This document shows, one piece after another, positions 50,001-62,000 of a DNA stretch of 64,000 nucleotides; position 1 is the stretch's first letter; the number at the start of each line of letters is the position of its first letter. The notes beneath the pieces are model-generated. The model ran no database searches and had not been told where the DNA came from. It saw only the letters and a list, made by a program, of their open reading frames with translations. This DNA is from Phoronis australis (lineage: Eukaryota > Animalia > Phoronida). The translations under genes and the position numbers were made by a program. The DNA is taken from contig NMRA01000422.1 of NCBI GenBank assembly GCA_002633005.1, positions 186,001-250,000 on the forward strand, in the 5' to 3' direction.

Positions 50001-53000
50001 GCATATAACTCTAGCCCTAAAATGCCAACTCCCGCACTTGATCAATGTATCCTATTATTAGAGCTTGCGACCGCGAGACTAGCCGCAAGAGTTTGCGCTG
50101 TAAATTTCGGGCAGTCTTCTCGACTGAGTTTTAATCAAGAGTTGTAGTTATCAAATCAAGCCTAATTTCATTGCTTCGTTTTCATTTTTACATTTTTGTT
50201 GATCAAGTGAGACTCGAGCCTTTGGAGTATTCGTGAGTGCAAATGTTTTGAGAAGCCAGCACAATAAAGGTATGACCGGGCACCGAGGCCGTGTGAACGC
50301 ATGCTAATTCAGTGTTTGCTGACAGAATGCTGTTGTGAAACAATAACTCGATTTTATATGCTATCGTCACATGTTAGGGGAATCTTTATTTAGATATACA
50401 AATACATTATTCAAATCATTGTTACCGTACAACCTTTGCCTTGACGGTTCTGTGGAAGGGGAACCTGACTTCACGGCCCCGACAAGTAAGTAGATTTTTT
50501 TTCTCGTGGCTAATTCACCTAAATAATTACGTGCACATTATTTCTTTGGCTCAATATTATAGTCTTTTCGTGAATGGAGGTTTAGTTTCCAACTTAAGCT
50601 GGTTTATGTTCGTGATATCCAGTCCCGGCGGCCGCGGCGGGTCTTATTGGGTTCCGAGCCACTAGTGGGGAGTAACAAGCGTTTTGTGTGTTTAGAACTG
50701 AAATAATCGCAAGTCTAAAAGTACAACACACAGCTATGTTCCCGGTCTGTATTTCACGAAAGAAAGGTTCAAATTTATCACCAAACAGACCCAAAACCAT
50801 GTCCTTGGGAATAGTGTAGCAGTGAACGGAAACACATAGCTCTATACACAACTAAAGTGGTTAAATACATGCAAAAGCAAAGCTAAAGCATGCGAACAGT
50901 GCAAGAAAATCCCGCAAATGCATGAACAGCAGACTCAAATTGATGACCCACAGGTCTTCAAATTTACACATACCCATTGATTGAATGCCCTTTGGGTCAA
51001 ATGACCCATAGACCGATTTTCCTAAATTCAACCCTTATTTTGGGATTTTTCTGAGAACTATCTTGACGTGACGTGTTCGCGAAAAAAGATGCAAACAAAG
51101 AGGCACTAGTCGCTTCCTACTTGAACTAACCTAAGTCACTAAACTCTACTCTGGGATGCACATACGTACTTTTCAGAGACATGACAAAGGTCAATATTGG
51201 CACAATATATTCAAGCATTTTCATTTCATGACTTTTAAAATATACCATTGTCATGTGACCAACATGAACGAACAAAATTGATCTATGGCCACTGTAATCC
51301 AAACCAGTAAGAAGCATTCATAGTTGGGAACTGCGGGGTAGCGCCTCTTTTGTGGACAAGTTTGGCTTGTGCTTAGGATGACGCATTATGGGATAGAAAA
51401 TATTAACTTGCGAAAGACCATAAAACGGCCCATTTTAAAGCAAAAAAATTGGCTATTGCACTGCTAACGTCCAGACTACCCTATTAACTTTACGGGAGAT
51501 GTGCATACTCATTGATGACAAGTTTTTCCGAACTCCCATATGCCAACGTTTACGTACATCTCAAATTTTCGGGATCCTTAGATTCTCACTAAAGGTGATT
51601 TTTCATCACTCCATCCAAGCATACAAACTGCCTGAGACTCTCAAAGAAAGGCTCTCAAAACACCCATTGAAATACCAATAAATGCAGCGTGTACATGTGT
51701 AAAGGAACGCTATTAATGCAACTCGATCCATGACCGCGGCAGTAAGACTACTTTCACTGTCTCCGGCCTAGTGAAAACACTTTTCTGACGAGCCTCCGGG
51801 GATTTGTAACCCTACTATGTGTGTAAAGGTGACACTGTAAATCACCTCATGCGTTAGTATTTGGACAAATCCTACGAACAGTGCCACTTCAGCAACGGCA
51901 ATATGGTTTGCGACATATCATCTCAGTTTAAAATTGATAATATTTCGGAAATCACACTCCATTATACACTAAGCACAAGTGGTCGCAATAAGGTCAGATG
52001 TTCCTTAGCTTATTTTCTTGTAAGACGACTATTAGGACTACCGGGAATTTCCGAAAATAAGACCATCCAAGTGTAAGCCCATGGGTGTTTTTTCGGAAAA
52101 TTTCCAAAAGTGCGCTCGTGGGCGCATTGTCAGCCATTGTTTACACTTCGAAAAACTGATATTTTTTCATAATACGTATGTATTATGTTTTGGTTAAAAT
52201 ATTTTGTTTATTTTGGCGACACGTTGTATTTTGGGATAGCGACTTCACCCATTTAGCGAGATATTGGTGACTTCGTTGTTAACTAACCGCGTTAGCATAG
52301 TATGAAGGACAGTTTGAACGACACAATTTCCGAACATACTCCCGGTTGTGTATTCGGTTTCACTTGACGTTTTTCAACAACTCGTTTTCCAAATATCCGC
52401 CCATACTGTAGGCCTGCTTTCGAAAATTCCCGGTACTCGAACTGCTCTGGGTCAAGCACATACGAAAAGACGTACCCTCATAAAACTAAACGGTGAGCTT
52501 TGACAATTCTTACTTACTGATGTATACGCATGAAGATGTTTTATAGGTTATTTGCTGGGTAGATTCTGCGGATCGTCGACGCCGGATACAATACGCTTTC
52601 CTGACGGTGATGCCTTTGTACGTTTTGTATCTGATTCATCAGTGACTGCAAAAGGGTTTCGAATGAGATATGTAGCAAGCCATACAGGTATTTTTACAAC
52701 ATTCTTCTGTCTGAGAATTTACCTATGATGTATTTAAACTGCATCGTGATACCATTTCCTTATCAAAAGACAACTGCGGCTTGATCTCGATGTAGCATGG
52801 GGTTACTGGTTGACACAGCCTCTTGGGTTACTTTCGGTTTCTTGAATGATAACTGCATTTAAACTGTTGTGTACCAGTTCCTCATTCTAATAGACAATGG
52901 TATTCAAAATTATATAGAGACCTGTTCTTACTAAAAACTTAAAGCTCTCGATCTGAGCACATATTCTGATTAACGATTACGACTTCGTCAAGGAGTGTCG

Positions 53001-56000
53001 TGCATCCGACTTATCGAGTTGAAATTCGCACGCGACTGATTTAGTATACTCTTTCACAGTGCTACGAAAGATAGCACTACCGATTGTTGTTTAACATGGC
53101 CTCTCATTGGTTAAAGTAATGAAACCGACGTCAGAACGCTCACTCATTCCCATTGGTAGAAATCTGGAAACCCCTTTCAGTTTATAGTTACCAATTTTGG
53201 CGATCAACTTTGACTTGAATAGTTACATTTTATTAATACGGGCAGTGATCAAAGTAAACAAAATTAAGGGAACCCCGATCCTGTGACTTAAGCTCAAACA
53301 ATTACAGTGCACAAAGGAGTGTGCAAGTTGTACATGTAGCGATGTGATCGGTATACTTCCGGCCAGGGCATGCGCATTGATGCCCACACACGGAATTCCG
53401 TGTGTCGTTCATCATGTTTCTACAGAGCCACTTTTCAGTAAAGGTGGCTCAGTGTCAGAGGGTAGCGATTTAGTTGTCTGTTGGAAAAAGAACAAATCCT
53501 ATTTTGTTTCGCCGACTTTTGCTCGGCTCCGGAAGTCGTTGGTTATCCACCACATTACCAGCAATTCGTAAACTAGGTCATCCGCCAGGTTCTCTGCGTA
53601 AACTAGGTCATCGCTTATGGACCAGTTAGCGCTTCACTCTCCGCGTGCATGTCTACAGGAAAGAAGCACCAGGAAGGTTGTTCTACATTTTGTAGCCCAA
53701 AATTACCAAAGTTCAAATATATTCCGTTAAAAAGGAAAGACAAAACATATGTCTGGTCAATACCAACAGTCACCACTCTTAAGCAAATCAAAGCTGTCCT
53801 TAATCGTTGCCTTATCTCGACCTACCTCAATCGACTAGTTTTTCGCAATGCAACAACACAATTCTCATGAATTCAACTTGCAATGACCCCTTTCAATTTT
53901 AAACCATGCCCGAAGTACTCGGAAACAAATTATTGTTGGGTACAACGAGGTTTTTTTCTCTGAAGTGGATCGTAAACACCTCAGGTGAGTTTTCCGCACA
54001 TAGCTACTTTGGGTTTAGAGCTGAATTTTAGCTCCCATAATATGGGGCGGGTCGGGCCGGTCAAGGACCAATCCTTGTTATACGCACTACTTAAAGCATT
54101 GGAATCAAACTGTTATATATAGAGAAAAACGTTTATTACATTTCAATCTTGATTATACTGACATCTGTTGGGTCTATCGGCAACTAACCGCACATGAAAG
54201 GCTTGGTCGAAAATTATCGTTTTTTCACATGTACTTTCGGGTTTTTAGCGGCGATTTCACTGATCGAAGCGACAAAATAAGCCAAAACTTTAGCCATACC
54301 ATGTTAGACATATTTTTTTTCCAATTTTGCTGAAACTTGGCCACGTTTTTATCAAAATACGTATCTATGTTATGTGCTATCGGCAAATGTGATTGATTCA
54401 TAAATAAGACCCTCATGCTGTATTTTCTGCAAAACCCATGTATCCTGAAGGGGGCTAACTGAGTGATTTTCGCGCATGTGCAGTTTACGGTTTCAACATT
54501 GCTGGTAATGAGTGTTATAATGAACCACATCAGGTACATGTATCAACATTAGCATACTTGTATTGATGCAATCCGTGAATGCTGCCACCCAGAAACGCTA
54601 CAGCGCTACCGAAATAGCACAAACAAATTAAGTCGTCTGCTGCAGTCGGAGTGTGTAGGCGCAGGAACGCAAGAAGCGATTTCGGGAGACTGTTACCCAA
54701 TAAACTTGTCGGCCTTCATTATTCTGGGGTTAGGAATTTCAATGAACTGCATGTATGTGCTTTCTAATACCAGAAAGGTTATTGGTGCTTTTTAGAATGC
54801 GGTGGTAGCTTCACAGCCCCATCGGGTCACTTCACCAGTCCAGGATACCCAGTCGCGTATCCCCACTCTCGAGAATGTGTCTTCCGAATTAGGCTTCAAC
54901 TGGGTCGACGAATTAAGCTTGTCATTGACAACATCAACATAGGAGTGCTAAACTATTATTGTGATACCAGGAACGTGCTCACCGTAAGTATAATCATGGA
55001 CAACCGTGCATATTCTCAATGGACAAAATCTGTGATCGCACGCACAAGACGTTCCCTATTGTCTGAGAAGTCAGTATTCGCGAGAGGCGCCTGGTGTGAG
55101 TGACGGTTTTACTTCCAGCAAGTAAGTCGTCTGTTCACTAATCGATTGCCTTTTTTGCATGTTGAATTGTTAATGGTGCTGGTTCGGCTGTAATTTTATT
55201 TACTTTATTTTATCCAATCACATGAGTATTACAAAAATCTCCGTAAAGCATCTGTAGGGAATAACGCAAAACAATAATGTTTTATTGGCCTTGAGCAATC
55301 AATATCCTGCAAAGCATTTGGTGACACTTTTATCAAACTTATGAAATCGATTAATCCAATTATTGTAAAACTACTCACTACTGTCATCAACCAAAATGTT
55401 AACAGTTAATTTTCCAACTGCTGGGGATTGGAAAATTCCCAAAGTTCATCGTTGCATCTATCTAAGGGACGTTTTCAAAACATCTGTTAATGGGACTTCG
55501 GTACTAATTTTCCACCTACATTTTCAGAGCATTTCGATTTCGACTTTGAGCGGCTCTTTGTCAAACTATATTTGAGTGGACTCACCTTGATTTCCACATG
55601 TTAAGAGGCAGTCCATATGAATAACCAATAGATTTTCAAAAATCAGTCTGTACGTCAAAATTCAAAACAACTTTTTTGTACTGAGTCATTAATAAAATTG
55701 TCTTGCATGAATTGTTTTCTCTTGACCTAAAATGTATGTTTTTCACACCGTTAATGATCGCACTTTCAGAAAAATTCAACGTTGGGATGGTTGGCGACCG
55801 GTTTGGAGATTAATTTTCGTAGAAGCCTGCGGGGACATTACAATATGAACGCAAAATTGCAATGACTTTTGACCGAGTAAGAGGACTAAAACCCACTTAG
55901 GTGCCTCCCTTCCTATGCCAGTGGTTCTCACAACGAAGATAAAAAATACGAGTAAGGCAGATACGGCTGGCAGTCGCGTTCACTGTCTCCGTGTAAACAA

Positions 56001-59000
56001 ACAGCGACGCCATCTATTATTTAGACGAAGCATGCATGCCAGTCACAATTTATGTATATAATTTTTTGAAATAAGCAATAATCATCAGTGTGGCTTTGAG
56101 AGAATGGTAATTAGTAGTGCTGTCTCCTTTTTATCTAAAATACAAGGTATTTATGTCGCTTTTTCCAGCTAATTACACGTTTTAGAGGCCCCCTATTGGT
56201 GGTTGAGGCAACTTACAACAGGCAAATAGGACGAATTGCAGTCCATCTAATGCATTGTAGGAAAAAACTACGGAGAGGCAACGTTTTTAATTTTGATTAT
56301 GAAGAAGTTAGGAATGACTAAACAAATTTTTAAAAAAGGTCAGTTTTTGAAAAGGTGCATTATGGCTGCTACAGAGTGCCAAAATTGGCCGAACATGGAT
56401 TCAGTGAAAACCTGCAAAATAGCCGTTTTCGACACACAAAATGGAAGCGTACACATTTGAAAATAAAATTTGAAAGATAAATCATTAAACTATTCAATCA
56501 GTCCTTTATAACCGTATCACACACTTGTTATCAGCTAGCTATACATGCTAGTAAAACAGTGGCAGTTCTAGGATATCACAGGGGGGGGGCAACATTTTGT
56601 CCGGCTGTAAGCATTTGCACACTGCCACGATTGTGGATGCGCATAGCACCGAATGGGGGGAGGTCGGAAGGGGGGTTTGCCTCCCTCCCGCCCAGGAAAT
56701 TTTTCTGTTTTTTCCTCTAAAAATCAAGCATTTTCCTTGATTTCTGATGTATTATCCAAGAAAAAAAGGCCAAAAAAAAGAAACACGGAGAACGTGTCAC
56801 ACAGGAGAACCTGCGAGTTCCACAGACTCGAACTCACGACCTGGCTGACAGGACGCGCGTGCTGTACCACTACCCCACCACGATTTCACTAATAAACTTA
56901 AACTAAGAGACCTACTTGTTTATGGTCCACAGCGTTTGCACGCGAAACCTACTCCTTTTTGTAATACTTATTACACGTTTTATATTTTGTGCAATCGGTT
57001 CTTAACAAATTTGTTGTATTTAAAATAGTCTTCAAATGCCCAAAAGACCAAATCCGTTTTTCGTGTTGGCAATAATGACGGGATTGCTTTGGAAATCGTC
57101 TTAAGTTAAGGTTTGACAAAGAGAGAATTAATGAGTTTCTGAGTGATTCACTAAGGCTTCGATTAAAATTCACATCTTACCAGCAGCTTCTGTTTTTCCA
57201 TCGTCACTCAGGTTCCATTTTCTTTAAAAAATGAATTAAATTTTCTTCATTGCACTGTGGAGCAGACGACGGAAACGGAGTCGTAGTGCGCAGCGCCACT
57301 GCCGGTCGCCTGGGATATCGCGGGAGAGCCTACACTTAGCCATAGTTCCGTTACGAATGCGCCGTGTTCCGAATTTGACACTTGAAATTGGATCTGAGCC
57401 CCCCCCAACACTGAAACTGCACACATTTAAATCTTTTTTCATCCATATAATTTTAATTACCGGGGCAAATTAATAAACTCAACATTTCCCTACGCTCTTG
57501 CTGTTTTATTTTTTTTGCGGCAGCCAAGGGGGGGGGGGGGGCGGGCCCCCTGCCCCCCCTAAATCCGCCTATGTAAAATTCATTCAAACACGTCTACTTC
57601 CGCGCCCAATTTTGTTGCAAAATGGAGGCACAGATCATGAAAAGAGAAATAATGAATGAAAATTCTTAAAAAGCGAAATTTTCCTACATCTCACCAAACC
57701 AAACTGATTTGTTTAGTCTAAAAATCCGTGATTTTGGGTATAGAGTCTACCTGTTGGTTTTTATATGGAGTCACTTGGTTAGCAGATCTTGCTATAAGCC
57801 GACTCCCAGTTGAAAGAGTCTCCCAATGTAGGGACAATTTCATTTTTAAGGAACCACGTTTTTTGACGGATTTTCACAAAGTTTGTCACATAAGGTTAAG
57901 TCGAGTAGTGAATGACTATTCTAAAACGCATTAAATACGTTGACGACGCTCTAAAAGTTTCCGAGGTGGAATAATTAATGTTATTTTATTATCAATCAGC
58001 ATTCCTTCATTGTATAATCTGTCGTCCGTTACTTCTGCTTATCCATAAATTTGATTTTCGGACAGATTCGAAGACCGTTACAGCATCTGCCTGACCATTT
58101 TGGATGTCGTGACAATAAAACGACTTGACTTTTTTGATAATCTTGGCTTAAATGCAAAAGGCAGGACGCATCCGTGTCCGTCGATTCTGAGGATATCGAC
58201 AGTCACTACCGTAACTCCCTGGTTGAACAACGTTTTTCGACTACTGTGTAGATATCTCTTCACCGTCGATCATTGCCAAACCAGTTCTTCAGATTTGAAG
58301 AACTTCATAAAGAGAATTTGTGCTTCAACCAGTCAGCGATATCAATTTTAATAATACTCATACCACTGATTCGGACTTTGACATTTCCCTCACCGCATTC
58401 ATTATCCATCATTTGTTTTCAATCTTGGCTTTGAAGTGTCAAGAGAGATAGAGATAGGTCTAAGATTTCCTACATTAGCAATCATTTTTGCTATCAACAA
58501 GACATTTCCAAGACCGTCAGTTGTAATGTTTTCAATCTTTGTTTTTATTTAAGCAGAATCTATAATTTATATCTTACTGAGATCCGTAATTTAAAGACTT
58601 GGAGTCATTTGAAATGCTTGTTTGAATTAATACCTCGGAAGCTGATGTGTTGGGTCTTTCATCTGATTTAAAGGTTTATGATGGGAGTGAGGACGATTCT
58701 CGTATTGCGAGGATATGTGGAAGGAACAGAGTCATAGCTCCCAAATACTCCTCATCGAACACCATGACCGTAGTTTTTGTAACGGACGGAAGTAGCAGCA
58801 ACCGGGGGTTCTCAGCGTCTTATTCGTCCCAGGAGCCATCAGGTGTGTAACTTTGAATAAATTTCTCTTGTCTCAAATCCCTTTAAATCAACTACATGAA
58901 GTGACTTTGAGATGGTGAACTTCTCCATTTATATAATACATTGTTTTTCCCAATCTCTGTATTGATGTACATATAGCACAACGTTTCGGACGGCGATTTC

Positions 59001-62000
59001 TTTGACCATCATTAGGTGTGCAGTGACCGCTTTTGAGTGATACACTGATAGTTGTTGATAACTACCTCTTGGCAATCTGTTGTCACTGACCATTATGAGT
59101 TTTTTTCTTTGTCTTAATGGACAGAGCTACTGAGCCATCGTCTGATTATCAATAGGTACATATTTTCAGCATCGTAAGTGGCGCAGTTGAGAACCTGTTA
59201 TCGAGTGCTTCAACGTCATAGATTTAGCATACAGTACACTACAAACGTAATCAGACAAAATACTGTTTCCCGTTATAACTGCTAATTCTAATTACAGAAT
59301 TCCATAGCCACTTCCCTGTTAATTCCCCTTCATTTTTTGTCACGAGGGAAGGCTACTCTAACGTGAATCCCGGGGGTAAGGCTGCATTTGTCAGTAAACT
59401 TATGACGTGTACGGTGCTCGAAAAAGAGACTCAAACCTCATGAAAGCACGCCAGTAGAGGACTATATGGAGGACGTGTTCAGTCTGTGCCTTCATTGTCA
59501 GAAGAAGAGGAGTAATTTAGATTGTTTGAGAAAATATTGACATGGCACAAATTTTCCTTAATGAAACACAACTCTCTAATGTTTAAATCTCTCAGAAGCT
59601 TGAGAAATTGAGCTGGGCCAGTTACTTGTATACTAGTGACAAGTTTATTAAGAAAGATTCAGAAATAATTCAGTTTCTGTCCTGAAAATAGCGACGGTTG
59701 CACCAGTAGGGCTAAAATTGTTAATGATCAGGGACATGCATCCAAATGAAAATCTGCTATCATCTCGTCCAACGGATCCCGACCCAAAACTGTTTCCCTT
59801 TCGGAAGGCCTAGTTTTTCATTTACCAAAGCAAGCTTCTGAGAAATGCAGTAATCTAGAGATTCTCTGTAGCTATTGGAGCCATGCAATTATGAGACACA
59901 GCAAGGTTGTAATCCACCAGATGTCGCAAAGTCGGAAATGGGTTACTCAGGTTTTGGGTCGAGTACTCAAATATGGGCTAAGTTCAACTTTCTTTCGAGA
60001 AAAACGAGATCAGCAGACAATGCAAAATCTCGTGAATATGGTGCGAATGCTTCACGAGTAAGCTAGCGACCATTCTAGCATAATGCTCTGTCACCAAAAT
60101 TATTGGGCGCCGAGGCTTGTTTTTTTTCAGGCATTTATTATCATTTACAAACAAGTGCAAAAAAAAAACAAACAAATAAGTACATCCATTCATTCGCGCA
60201 TGCACACCTCAGGAGAGACCATTCTCGTATCTCGTATAAAGTAAACAACTTCTACATGGAGTTAACGTGAACAATGAAATCTTCCCATTTCGCAGAGAAG
60301 CTGTCATATACAAAGTTTTTATATGCAATTAATTTTTCAACATTATAGTACTCATAAGTATATGTAACGAACTTGTGAAAATTAGGTATATTTTTGTGAC
60401 ATCTCTCCTTGTAAAAGTACTGTTTGGCTAGTAGAAGCAAAATATTAAATAGAAAATCGTGCGTCTCATAAAATCCAAGAATAACACGTTCGTAAGAGAG
60501 ACAGTTGGGAAGCTGAATGCGACACTTTTGCAGGAGATTTCCGAATTTCTTCCAGGAATCTTGCACAAGGCTACATTCTCAAAAAAGGTGTGGTAGCGTC
60601 TCTGGAGCTTTATTACAAAAGGAACATAAATTAGAATCCCGAACACGGATTTTGACTAAAAATGTATTTGTTGCAATAATCCTGTGTAGTATTCTAAATT
60701 GGAACCATTTAATGTTGGGATCCTTTGTAATTTCCTAAGGCAATGCGTATATTTTGTTCCAATCTAACTCTATTTCCCGTTTACACTCTGACTTAGATGG
60801 TTTCTTAACGTCATTAAAGACTGAACAAATATTTCTACAACCCTTCAAATCTTTCCGTAAGTGAGTAATTGCTAAAGGCATGCAAGGAGAGTAGACGTTA
60901 ACACTTTTAAATGACTTTGAAACAGACTTTTTTGAAACCTTCTTAGAACAGAAACAACATCATTATATTCTACAAAGTTGGTTTTCACATCGAACCTATA
61001 ATTAATATGATTCAAACTAACGAAATCACCATCAGAGGAATATTGAATTATGGGAGTAGGCTGGAAGTAAAACGACAATTTCGTTCAATAAGCCGCGACT
61101 TCTCGTGAGTCTTGAATTCTCTGTAATATGAAAATATAATTCGCTAGTGAAATCGTCTTGCTTTTGGCTCCAAGCATACTTGCCAAACGTTTTTCCAATG
61201 AGAATGTGATTCAGGAAGGAAGAATTGTTCTACACCAGTGAAGAAAATTCTACTGTCAGTCAGTATGTTGCCATGGTTTCAGAATAAGGAGATTATGAAT
61301 TTTCAAGAATTTAATAGAGCGCACACAAAAAGAAGAGAACTAACGAGGGTTACCATCAGTAACGAAAAACCTAAATTGCAGAATTATTGTATAGCACACT
61401 TTATCTATCTTTCGAGAGCTCAGTGGCCAACCTTGGCATGGTTGATGGTTAGAATTTTGTCGCTAGAGGTGGAGACGGAGTGGTTTCGAGGAACTCCTAT
61501 ACGTGAGAGAAATGTTGCCCAAGTCGTCAAGCTGAGGATGAAAATCGCTTATTTTCAGTTGTGAACATCATTCTGACTTGGAGTTCAGCAAGACATCCCT
61601 GTCACTAATATTTGATAATAATAATTTTAAGATACCCTGAAGATTTTAGAACGTTGAAAATTTGTTGCAACTGTTTTCAAAGTTACTTGCAAGCCCATAA
61701 GCGACTGCATGTGCCAATTTTGGCACGATATCTTTAGGCGATGTTTCAATGGCTTAGCGCTGCACCTATATTAGGCGCTCTTCATGAACTCGAAGTTGTA
61801 CTATGCATTTCAGGATGCGGGGGACTCATTACCGGTCCACAATCAGGGGTTATAACGAGTCCTGGTTACGTAGAAGGTAGATATGACAACAGCGCTCAGT
61901 GCACCTGGTTCTTTGTTAACCCAAACGGTACGGACCGGTCAACCATCCTGCAATTTACCTCGTTTAGCTTGGAGTCCAGCTCAACGTGCACTTATGACTA

